DNA of 62,515 bases, filler included, from Sphacelaria rigidula (lineage: Eukaryota): NCBI GenBank assembly GCA_964200075.2. It is 4 parts of 4 records of this genome, joined end to end, with 100 filler letters (N's around TTAATTAATTAA, not from the genome) between each part and the next. Parts side by side here need not be neighbours in the genome. Positions count along the whole stretch, not along the records: positions 1 to 15,559 come from CAXNAA020001699.1; 3 more parts are not named here. One strand, 5' to 3'. Below are positions 1 to 11,715 of this stretch, piece after piece. The notes under the pieces were generated by a model. That model had not been told where the DNA came from. It made no database searches and worked only from the letters and a program-made list of their open reading frames with translations. A program made the position numbers and the translations under genes. The first letter of the stretch is position 1; every line of letters begins with the position of its first letter.

Positions 1-162
1 CCGGAGAGCCCCCCCCCCCTCAACAACCACCCTCCCCCGAGCTCTGGAAACCCCCGGATGTCTCTGAACTGTCAGCCTGTACAACTGTTCCGAGGCGACG
101 CTCGTCGTCCAAGGGTCAAGCAGGTGACCTACCCTCGCGGTCAAGGGGTTAACACAGCATTT

Positions 163-553
163 ACACATTGGGATGGATTTTTCATTGAGGATGAACTTTG
201 GGAAACTTCATACGTATCGAACTATTTTCGGAAAAAAAAATACAAATGCGCTCCGGCCATGGTGTGCGGCCTCGTTCATCCCCAAAAGGAAAAACACCCG
301 CAATTTGAAATACCCCGTGTTTTTTGTGGATTTAGATAAGCAAGAACAGTTTTTGTGCTGGAATGACCGGGGGACGACATTGTTCGGTATAAAAAAGCCG
401 GATTTTACCAATTTCAGATGGACTTTTCTTGGGATAAATGAGACTACACATCACGGCCGGAGAGTGCATATTACTAATTTGGGAAAATATTGCGATGCGT
501 ATGAAGCTTCCCAAACTTCATTCTCAATAAAAAAAAAGCATTCCCATTTTGTG
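163..553. repeat. MITE-like foldback (imperfect long inverted repeat)
   Basis: The segments at about 163-290 and 423-553 are reverse complements (TTTGGGAAACTTCATACG / CGTATGAAGCTTCCCAAA). Confidence 0.7.
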
Positions 554-803
554 AAATCCCATGCTTGTTGGTGTCACGTGGATAGCCGACATCGTGGTCA
601 ACACAGCTGCAGCAGTGGTATGCTGCTGATACCTCTGCCCTGTGCGCCTGCATTGCGAGTGTAGCCGCGAGGGAGCCGCTGTCCATGTGTTTTCTATGTG
701 CCCCACCTGTCCCCCCCATGGCAGGTTCTTATAGGTTATCATCACTCACGCGTAAAAAAACAATTTTTGGTTGGCTCGGCCCTCGCTGCTTGCGCTCGGG
801 CAG

Positions 804-3800
804 ATCGAACGACGCCGATCGGAGTGATGATAAATGCGTTCCTGCAAAACACGGCCGACATAGAGGACAAGTGTGTGCACCTCCTCTTCTCTGCCAACCG
901 CTGGGAGTCCGAGTGAGTTAGGTCATAGGCATGAAGTTTTCGACAGTAGACAACAAAAAAGATTACATCCAAAAGGGTGTCGGGTGTTCAGACTGCATAC
1001 GCCTAGCTGAAGTTGTGTCAAGGAGTACCTGCGTTCGGTGAGTCATAAACACCTTGAAAGCATTCATATGGAGTAAGTCGGCAGTTTCGGGTGCACTCAG
1101 TACTGTTTTCTTTCACATTTTTTTTTTCCCTCTGAGCGCCGGGCCTCGTTTCGGTACAGCAGTTTCGGTGACGGTTACGCGGGACGTACGCAACCATGTG
1201 CTGTAACAAGAACGATTTGAACAAGGTACAGCGCACGCTACTTTCTGCATACCCTAGGATGCAGATGGTAGCTTGCACGCAGTAGTATGATCCAGCGGTC
1301 TACGGACAAAAGATACTGGCACCGCGGTGTATGCGAGGGTGCAAACGACATGAACAGTGATGGTGAGCACATAAATGCTAGTCAGAGGCCATCGCTTCCT
1401 TGTATTATTCGGGAGATGTGTTGTGCGACGAAGCGACCACGGTGAACTACTGGGGGTCGCCTTTGGAGAATACAGGACAAGACACCGCGCGGTGTTCTCC
1501 CTCATCGCTCTTATCCAGTCGAAATTGCACTGGGCACTGTCATACAGCACCCCCGCACACAACCTGTGGCTGCAAGGATGATCAGATGATGTGCTGTTGG
1601 ACGTACGTTCCCGTTTTTTGCTCGATTCCTGCTTTTTCCGCCAGAGAGCGAATTGACATTTTCAAATACCAAGTAGAGGCTCCATTTGTGTCTATCTTGG
1701 TATTAGTGTGTGTTGTCGTCCCATCAGCTGGGGTCACACAAGAGGAAGGCCAACACAGGAGGTTTCTCTTTTTTATTTGTTTTATCTCTCCACCCTTCTT
1801 CTGCGGTGCTTGCCTATATTTTTCATCGCGAGATGAGTTCAGCAATCCCTTTCCCTCGTCGACCGTGAAGTCGAATTTTGTGTACCCACGACATGGTCCC
1901 TCTCCTCTGTTGGCCATTGTGCGAGGAAAAAAATACCAGATCGCGCAACTCACCGAGATTCGAACCCACGACCCAACCGTCGGATGGTTCTCGTGTGCTT
2001 TCATATCATCCACTTACCCACGATAATACCCCTTTCAGCAGAAATTCGAATTCCAGCACACGTCACCCGCCCAGTATGGCGTTTTCGATGTTGGCAAAGT
2101 CGCTATTTGCGTACATTTTTTGCTACTTGCGTGCATTTTCGAGGGGTCCATCCAAGGGTGTCGGAACCGCAGGGGTTGACATCTGAGCAAAACTAATCAC
2201 ACCTGGCAACCGACAGCAAAAATATCTAAACTGACGTGATCTACTTCGTGCATACATGTAAACAAGTATCCGTCCAAGCAAATTCACGCATACATGTACG
2301 TAGACAAGAAAAAGGAAAGTGGCTTCCGAAAATAGAGTTGAACTATCTTGAAGATTTACATCGATGCAACTTCTGGAGGGGTATCGCACTTGCTATACCT
2401 AAGACGAGTTTACCCCAGTTCGACGCCAAAATTTTATGGTCGAAATATAAGTACACTGTTTTTATCAAATCCTAGAGCTAATCCCAACCCAAATCCCAAC
2501 CCAAGTCAGACCGAGAACCAAAGGGCGAAGAGGATGCAGCGAGTGTCCCAGGCAACTTTGCGCCAACTTGGCTCAGATCGGCGCCTCAAGCCACGATTTG
2601 AGCCAAAGCGCGAGCTATGCACGATGGGCGAACGCTTGGCACTCTGAGACCCATGAAGATCTGAATGTGAAGCTATTTTATAAAAAGGTGTATATCTATC
2701 CATTGGCTTTTTGCCCCCAATTCGCAGACTCTACTGGTATACGTAGCTTCCCATTGAGTGAGTGACTGCACTTACGTGGGGACGAACCTTTGGTTGGTGG
2801 TACCCCGTGTACTATACACATGTACAAATCATACATGCACTGGCATGGCGGCACACATCACAGTAGCAAGTCGTCCTGAAAAAATTGCTTCTCGTCCTAA
2901 TGCTGTTTCCGGCCAGGGCGAAGATACGTGAAAGGCTAGAGGCAGGTACTACCGTCGTGTGTGACCGGTACGCATACAGTGGAGTTGCTTTTTCGGCCTC
3001 CAAACCTGGTGAGTCGGTCGCCAATCCTGCTACTGCATCTGGTATAGGATGAGAACCATGAAATGGGGCAAATTGTTGATGTTGTCATCATGCATACGTC
3101 GGACAACCTTGTCTCTCATCACCTTTTGTAGCAATTTGTGTGTGGGCTTCACGTGAGACTAGTTCATCTCTTGGTCAAAAGACAAGAGTCAGTTGTCATC
3201 ATGCATACGTCGGACAACCTTGTCTCTCATCACCTTTTGTAGCAATTTGTGTGTGGGCTTCACGTGAGACTAGTTTATCTCTTGGTCAAAAGACAAGAGT
3301 CAACCCTCTGTCCGCTAGGGCAGGCGATGCGTTGAATCAGCATCATTTGCAGTTGACAAATAAGGTAAATCATGCCCATTCCACAAGTTGCCTACCCTGG
3401 TGGTGAACAGGTGAACAAGCATCAATGTGTAAGTTCTTGTGTATATGTCCCTGGATCGGGGGTCGGGTCTGTACCAGTGCTAGCAGCAGACGGCGAGCTT
3501 GAATCATCAGCTCCTATAGAGTGAGAGAAAAGAAGTGACTGCTGCTGGATTCCTCGAGGATTAGTTATCGTGCGACAATCAATCAACCGATCAAACAATC
3601 GAATTGTAATCTTCCAAAGGTAGAAATACCCGACCTCATTCCTTCAAGGGACAATGGGGTACATTTATACTTCAAGAATCGCCCATGCATCAGCCCAATC
3701 CTATCGTCACAGTAGCCGACAACACTGCGAATGAGAGCGCATCAAATCTCGGACGACCATCTACCTACTAGCCAAGTAGCTGTCGTTTGTCACCTCTTTT

Positions 3801-6800
3801 CTCTCATTCTATAGGAGCTGATGATTCAAGCTCGCCGGCTGCTGCTAGCATTGGTACAGACCCGACCAAGGTCATTATCCACAGGATAGATGTGCCCAAG
3901 GTAAACCAGTAGACCCTACGAACTGTACCTAAACAATGGATGGTACTCGATTTTACTTGGTTCCAGACTCAAGAAAGTTCTGAAAAAAATCATGGTCTGG
4001 GGCAGGTGAGCAGTGGTGAGCAGTAGACCCAGCTTGTCCAGAACGTGTTTTAGTCCAAAATCAGCTGAAAGGCGTCGATTTGAGCTCTGGCTATGCACAC
4101 TTCGCTTAGGGTATACCTTGCACCCCTCTTGCCCGAGGGTTCTCGGTATGCCTTCGTCGGGGTTAGGGTTAGGGTCAGCGTTAGAATGGGCGGCATCTCC
4201 GTTGTACCAACCATTGCTCACGCACAGTTCGTAACGTCGCCTGAGGTGAACAGTAAACCATGTCATTAGAGGTCCGGAGCATATGTCAACCGCTTTGTAA
4301 AGACCTTTCAGCCACCGCTACCCGGTGGTCTGAGTTGCGCGACTGAAAACAGGTGGAGCGGGGTGATTATGACTTCGTATCCTAACGGATGTGGGTTCAC
4401 AGTTTGTTTCCGAGAAGTATCTGATTTCCGCCGTTGCATACGTGAGGATCTGGATAGCGAAGAGATGTTATTCGACGAAGGTCGACACGATGCGGAACTG
4501 TTGGTCATAATCCAGTCCGCTATACCCAAATGTTGGGCGTGTACCGGGGGAGACATCGGTTGATCCCGCGAGACTATGCACTCATATCCCGGGGAAGGGA
4601 GGGGGACTGGGGGATGACGGAAAAAACAAACTGAAAAAAAATGTAAGTATTTTTGCGCAGGAGATGCCGCGCACGTGATCGCAATCGATCGAAAAATCGA
4701 GCATCCGGAATCGGCTGGTATGATGTATTTTTTTTGTACATATTGTGTTGTGTTGTTTTTTTGTTGAGCGACATGTGCATGGACGATGCTGCGCGCATGC
4801 GTTACTTCATGTTCTTGCGCGTGCTGCATTTTTTTTTCGTCATAATGTGTACCGCAAGTTTGATCCTTGTTTTTTGTACGGATAGTAGCAAATGACATTG
4901 GGGAGTGTTTGTTGCGTAGTACCATCGTGATTGCACCTTTCCGCGTTCTGTATTTTTTTCTGCGATTTTGCGGGGGAAGGTTTGGATGTGGGCTGGTGCA
5001 AGGATCCAGACCGAGGGCTGCCTGCACCGGACAAGATCATTTTCCTCGATATCTCTGTTGAGGACGCCATGAAGGTAAAGTAGCATGAAGCACTCTAGAT
5101 GTGATGCAACGACAGAAGAGATTGATCGATCGATCGCCGCACATACACTGCCCCGCCATAAATACAATCCTGTTCACAAGATAGATGTGCCCGAGGGGGA
5201 CAAAGTCTTCACATTTGTCGAGCAATATTGGAATAGAAGTAGTAGAGTTTTCCTCAGTTCGCGTCCAAATGATCCATCGTTGATTTGGGTGTAAACACCG
5301 AGATTCGATCTTTAGTGACTATGGCAGTCCCGAGCGCTTCTAGCGTGCGCAGAACGCGTTTTTGTCCAAATCGGCGCCTGCAGGGTCGATTTGAGGTTTG
5401 CCAAAGCATACTTTGCCCAGAATACCCTTTGCACCCTTTGCACCCACCTTGCCCGAGGGTTCTCGGAATGCCTTTTGGTTGGGGTTGGGGTCAGGGTTCG
5501 CGTAATTTCAAAATGTGTCAACCATGGATCATTTGCAGGCGCAACCGGAGTCAACCCAGCCCAGAAAAAGGGCAACGTAGAATGAGAGCTGGGAAAACAA
5601 ACATGAAGAGATGAGCCTACAAATGTAAACTCACACATTTGCAGGTTACGGTGCGCGTCAGATCTATTGATAGTCATCGGACGTTACCATCAAGGTCATC
5701 TCCTACAAGTTTGGAAGTTTCTTGAGTAGAGGAGTTGGGCTATTCTCCAGCGGATGTCGCCATCACCCTCCGGGAGCCACGGTTCAACGGTCTCGGCCAT
5801 TTTTAAACCGAGAAGAAAACTTTGGAAGTGTCAGGCTGGTCATTTCGAAACAGCTTTTATCGTGGTTGTGAAGGGTGTTGCATCAAGGGCGTACACGGAT
5901 ATCGTGGGATGAGACGTGCTAGTAGCTCATGTCGAGCATGTTCGCTCGTGTGTCAGTATTACGGATCAGAAGCAACTTAATCGAGACTCGAGGTAAGGGG
6001 CTCATGTATTCTTGGACCCAGCTACGGCAGGTGACGCTGATACATGACCGGTACATAGTTGACCACCCGCTGAATAATACTTCTGGATGATGATTTATCG
6101 ACTATTTTCACACCATGTCGGTATCTAGAGTAGGATACAACACCCCCCTCCAGATATCTCCCCCGGGTGAAAAATTTCCGTGTTGGACAACTTGTCATCC
6201 AAGGATCACATATACCGTCAATACGCCACGTGCATAGTGTATTTCGGTCGCGGTGTCGCTGTGCGAGCGTTTCTCAATACAAGTGAAGTGATACCTGAGC
6301 ATTACCCCTGACAGTACAGGACTTGTATCGTTCGCCGCTGCTGCAGGTTTTGTGTTTTTCACGTCCGATCTCGTGTGCCCTTAACTATTTTGGTGTTTTT
6401 GTCCTTGCGGCAGCGGGGAGAGTTTGGACAAGAGCGGTACGAGAAAGAGGGGTTCCAGCGGCAAGTCAGAGCGACGTTCATGGCTCTTATGGAGGAGGAC
6501 AGCGTAAGTGCAAGTACTATCTGTAGTGAGTGACGCACGTACCTTTTGCTAGGAACATTGCAATGTTCTTGCTGCTGCCGCTGCTGTCATTGCTACGTCT
6601 GAGACTTTTTGATTTTGTCGCCCCAGGCGGTAGTGTATCTTAAGTTGTCCTATTGATTTGCTTCTCGGTCGCGGAGGGGATGGTACATACGTGCCCATAC
6701 CTCGTTTCGATGGCCCCTTCAGTACTCTTCACTCGTGGTGTAAGTGATCATGTGCTCGTATTTGACGCAAACCCCTTTTTACGCGGAAGTCGTTACTGTT

Positions 6801-7069
6801 GCTTACCCCGGATTTGGATTTTTCATCTCTGAGCACACGATATTAATGTCCTGAACTTTTTTTAATCCCCGCGCCCCCCTTTTGGCAACGGTGTAACGGC
6901 GTGACGTGGGGATGTTGGCTGCACTCAGGCCGACGGAGTCGAATGGCAGCTGGTGGATGCTAATAGGCCCATCAAAGACATTCAAAACGAGATTAAACGC
7001 GTGGCGGAGGAGATCGTGTCCCAAGTCAAGGGCCAAAAGATCGCCCCGCTATGGCCGCGCAAAAACTGA
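804..7069 (+). CDS. DTYMK: Thymidylate kinase (dTMP kinase), 5'-partial, 5 exons
   Basis: Exons 804-912, 2917-3008, 4980-5074, 6414-6503 and 6929-7069, all GT-AG and phase-consistent. They give DRTTPIGVMINAFLQ...HLLFSANRWE / ...GTTVVCDRYAYSGVAFSASK / GLDVGWCKDPDRGLPAPDKIIFLD / RGEFGQERYEKEGFQRQV / ...WQLVDANRPIKDIQNEI...APLWPRKN*, which are hallmark eukaryotic dTMP kinase motifs. The N-terminal P-loop exon(s) lie upstream of the contig start. Confidence 0.95.
1706..1995 (-). mobile_element. tRNA-derived SINE family B copy (dTMP kinase intron)
   Basis: Minus-strand B-box GGGTTCGAATCTC. The body TTCCCTCGTCGACCG...GTACCCACGACAT is shared with 61436-61790 and partly with 15135-15395. Confidence 0.68.
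3081..3302. repeat. 111-bp tandem duplication
   Basis: 3081-3191 and 3192-3302 are identical except for one base. Confidence 0.92.
3461..3867. repeat. MITE-like element with about 80-bp terminal inverted repeats
   Basis: GGTCGGGTCTGTACCA...AAGTGAC pairs with GTCAC...TGGTACAGACCCGACC. Confidence 0.8.
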
Positions 7070-10000
7070 TCAACAGCTGATGCGTCGGATCAATCGCATA
7101 TTGGTACTGTAGTAGGGAGCTCACGACTACGTGAGCGAGCGCAGTCAGTGTTTCGTCACACTGCACCCGCCCACCCCTGCTCGCTACGCTCTTGTAGTGA
7201 GAAGTGTTGGGGGCGTAGTTACGTTTTGTTTCAAAGTTGCTTCAGCCGACAATGAACACTATCTCGGAACGATGAATCCTGTTGATCCATCTATAGAAGC
7301 CTGTGTCGCAGTTCTTCCACAAGGGCGTTCACATCATGGTGTGTCAAATGACACGCACTGAAGAGTGATGCCGCGATAACTCACCCCCAAACCAGCCCCA
7401 GAACTGTAACAAAGAATAATGGTCATGCAGCGCCTAATAGCTGGTTTGAGACGATGAAGCGCCCCATATGGGCGACAATGGCGGAAACCATCCCAAGCCC
7501 GGGGGTTCCCAGCCGCTCGGTGTGCTCGGCTTTGGTCATTTCCGTTCACATGTAAATCTTGCCTCCTCAAACCGGCCACTTTCCTTGTGGGGGGGGGAGG
7601 GGGGTACTCATTTTGTTGCTTGCCGTAGTCGTTTGACCATTGACCACGCACCTCATCACGGCGGAGCAGCGATGCCACTCCTAACAGAGACATCTCCAAC
7701 AACTGTCGTAGCGTCTGCTACAAATGATATGTGCTGTGCCTCCCACCCAAGAACGGCCATATCACGTCGATAGCACTACATCCCGTCCGCTCTGTAAAGG
7801 TAGGCGGCGTCGGACCAGGATAGTACTACGGTGGGGGACCACGTGGGAAGCCCTGGTGCCGTACCTTTCTATCGCCGGTATGGATTTTGTGTTGTGGTAC
7901 GCTTTTACTTTACTTTTTATAGACCCGACGTGATCTTTCGTGCGTCTGATGGCTTGCTGGAACTGAGAGAGGATGGGCCAGATACTTGAGAAACACATCC
8001 GCAATGCTGTGTAGTGACTATGATGTAATGAGTGTGCAGCAATGGTGGTAACAAGACAAGACCACAACGCGTATGTCTTCAACCTTGAAATAAACTCGCT
8101 GCCGCTGGCGGTTGTCCCCCTGCTGTTGCTCAGTTATGATATTGTTGCAGTATCAGGGCGCGCAGAGAAGGGTCCGTGACGATCAGACCATGGCCTCTTT
8201 TTCAGGTCGAGATCATTCCTTTCCCAGCTTTACGCGGTTATGACGTGATCGACCGACTATTGAACGTACCCACAACGCAACGAGCAAACACTAGTCGGAG
8301 TCCTCCATTCTCTTGGGGAAACAGGGGTCAAATTCGACACAGTTGATTGGCTGAGGTTCTACCGCAATTTCGAGGGTGATGCCGCACTTTGAAACTCCAG
8401 TTTGGTTAAACGCTGGCGAGTGCCTTGTACGTCGTACCGTTTACCGCGAGCACAGCTACAGGTTTACCGCATCGGTTTCTTCTACTGTCCACGTGGTACG
8501 AGCATTAGATGTACGAAAATAGGAAGTTGGCGTAAGGTGGTCGAGTAAGTAACAACTTCACAGGTGGCGCAGCGCCTAACTCTGTCATAATCTGGGTGAC
8601 GAGTTGCAACTTATCTTTTGCGGCATCACCACAGAACTCGGATCGTACAATCTACGACGGTATGTGCCTGACTCCCCTGCTGTGCTCGTACTGCGCTTGT
8701 GCTGTGGCGCAAACCTGGTGGAAGAAGCAGCACCAAGACGCGTTGGTAGTCGTCACTAAGGTCAACCACGTATGCATACGTACTTGTGGGCACATCATCG
8801 AGCGGAAATGCATTTTAGAACCATGATCGGTGGATCTTACGAGCTTGATTTCACAGCGCACACGAAAATCTCGGCCCGAGCTGTTTTTCAATGGCAAGAT
8901 ATATAAATGTAGTATGCGGTAAGCGGCGCCGGCGAACATAATCTTTCGGAATTCTCCCCTCTGGAGACTGCGTCCACCCATAGGCCATGTACACTCATGT
9001 AGTAAGTAGATAGAGTGCCCGCTGTGTCGCTCTGTGCAGACCTCGTGCTTTTTCCATGCATTCGAACCAGGCACCACTGTACTTGTACGAACACATGTTG
9101 TACACAAGGATGAACACGTACAGCCTCGAGAACGCACGCAGTTCTTTTACCCCTACACAGTATTCATCGTATCGTGTAGGAGGAAGATATTACTGCAGTA
9201 AAGCTCTCCAAAGTCGCTGCCTCATACTACCACAGAGAAGGATGTTTGGTAGTGTGCCTCGTCAACTGGCACGAGAGTGCAGTGTTTCATCTTTAAGGCA
9301 TCATACAAAGTACTACTCGCAAAGGCATCTGTATCGAGAAGAAGAATGGATGTTCCGTGTCGTTTTCTGCGTATCTCGAATCGTGGTATGCCGTTGTTGC
9401 TTCCGGATACCGTTGGCCGTCTGTAGGCACAGCATACCCCTCCCTTTCCCCTGTCTCCACAGCCACATACATGCACAAATGACGGGAGAAATGAAAGATC
9501 ATGGACGATAGGCTCGAAGGGCAAGGCGCGTAATGGGCGTGGTATACAAAGTGAAACAGCTTGTGAAGTCAGGTCATGTTACTTGTGCACTCCTGAGTTT
9601 GTATGCTGCCGTACCGGTTTATACAGTGAGGAAGGGTCACAGAATTCGTGAAATGAGACCAACCACCAACAATTGCGATCAACTTATTCGCGGTGTGATT
9701 ATGCTTCCGTCCTTTTTGTTCTGGTCGCCTACTGTACACCTTCCGGTGTGTGTGGGAACACCAGCTTGTTTCACACTGGAGGAAGGTCACACGATGTGAT
9801 TCCACGATAGCCCTCCCCCCCCAGAGATGTGGCTGGTTTGAGAAGGCAAAATCTTCGTGCGAATCAAGATGACAAAAGCCGAGCACACGAGCAGCTGGGG
9901 ATTCTCACGCATGGGATCATTCTCGCTAGTGTCGCCCATATGCGGCGCTTCATGCAGCCTGAAATCAGCCATCATGCGTCATATGGTTCATTTCATTCGT

Positions 10001-10259
10001 GACAGTTCTGGGGCTGGCTTTGGGGGAGGAGGAGGGGGGAGGCTGTCGCGGCATCACTCCGCATTAAGTTTTTTAGGCCGATCGACGTACTATGAGCAAG
10101 CTACACGTAGCTCCCAGCAGGATAATCGATAGAGCACAGTCTACTCCACCATGAACAGTACTTCCATGCGCAAATATTCCCTCCATGTAGTGGCCACGGT
10201 ACTTTGTACTGGTCCGTGCTGTACTTCACAACGCGATTCTAGGGGGAAATTCTCCAGCT

Positions 10260-10744
10260 CAGGCCGGATGTTACGGCAAACAGATTTTGGTCCACGGATT
10301 GTTCACTTTCATGACGTTTGAGCCACTTTTTGACCCCCATACAGGGAAAATCGCCAACACACACCTCGGACACTTTGCATCACCCCACAGAGAGGAGCCT
10401 AGCCTACTCTTCAGATTCGCTTGGATCCGAGGTTTCGAGGTTGACCGCTGAACAATAACTCGTGTGCAATAATCTGTGCTTGCCGACCCCCGCCAGTTTG
10501 CCCAATATTTTGTGGAGATTACCGTAGACTTTATTGCACATGGATTATTGTTCAGCGGCCAACCTCGAAACCTTGGAGCCAAGCGAATCTGAAAAGTGGG
10601 CTAGGCTCCCCTCTGTGGGGTGATGCAAAATGTCCAAGACGTGTGTTGGCGATTTCCCCTGTTTGGCGGTCAAAAAGTGGCTCAAACGTCCCAAAAGTGA
10701 ACAATCCGCGGGCCAAAAATCTGTGTACCGTAGCATCCGGCCTG
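10260..10744. repeat. Foldback MITE-like element with arms of about 215 bp
   Basis: Termini CAGGCCGGATG...CATCCGGCCTG. The arms pair along their length around a spacer of about 50 bp. Confidence 0.85.
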
Positions 10745-11715
10745 AACCATAAATACTGATAATGTGAAATGGGATGCAGTAAATTCGTAGTATCCATGGC
10801 ACTTCATCGTACGACTAGAACAACCATAATAACTCCGCAACGACATACAGTATACGTGCATTGTGCAGCGCAAAAAGTGTAAGGAAATCGTGATATATGC
10901 CATCGACGTTATGCACGACATCATGCAGTAACCATGTACAGAAAATGCGACACAGAAGACCCAAGTTACGGGTGATAGATGACACATACTGGGTGTGCTA
11001 AAATCCCCTGTAGAATGGGCTAGACAATGATACTTGCATGTTGCCTGAAAATATTGGCTCTGTATAGTTCAAGACGGTAGCCAAATGACGTTGGTTTCCG
11101 TTTCTCAATAACCACCACGGTCAGCCGTGTAGTCATGTCTAACCCGAGAACAGCAGCAAGCGAAGATTCGGTAACCGCCTCGCAGCACCATACGTACTTT
11201 ATCGAAATTTCTGAGCTGTGGTAGATCATGTATAATGCTACTGCACTATCGAACGCCCATATTTGACCGTTGTCGACTGCACGCGGGATTACATTTCCGC
11301 GACGGTCCGCCCAGTAAAACAAGAACACTTCCAGTGTTACTCCAAATCCAGAGGCTTACATGCGCTTCGACCTGTGTGTTTGAACACACGCACCGTGTGA
11401 CCAAATCTACCGCAGCACGTCGCCCTAGGTCCAGATATATCCGTGGCGTGTAGATATGTATTCGTTGGGGTATCCGTTGGAAGCCGTGTGGCGCCCACGT
11501 CTCACGACCACGACAAACCACTGTATCCTGAGCAACCACCTCACCATAATCCCCCCACCCTCTCCCTCGCCTTCATCACACACACCTAAACATCACCCCT
11601 TCCACCCTCCGCCTTCGTGTCGCGGCACCCGCGATATCCTACTGATCCTGCTGCCGCAGCTCAAAAATTCGCGTACAAGCTAGCAGATATCCCGACGACG
11701 CAAGAAACCATCATC

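Noticed and set aside
2812-3024. Minus-strand ORF with PASSLSRIFALAGNSIRTRSN, resembling a hAT transposase dimerisation motif
   Set aside because: It is the antisense shadow of dTMP kinase exon 2917-3008 (VCDRYAYSGVAFS), which has proper splice sites and phase.
5740-5810. DVAITLREPRF, resembling the hAT A..LDPRF motif
   Set aside because: A single weak motif in an intron, with stops nearby and no supporting transposase segments.
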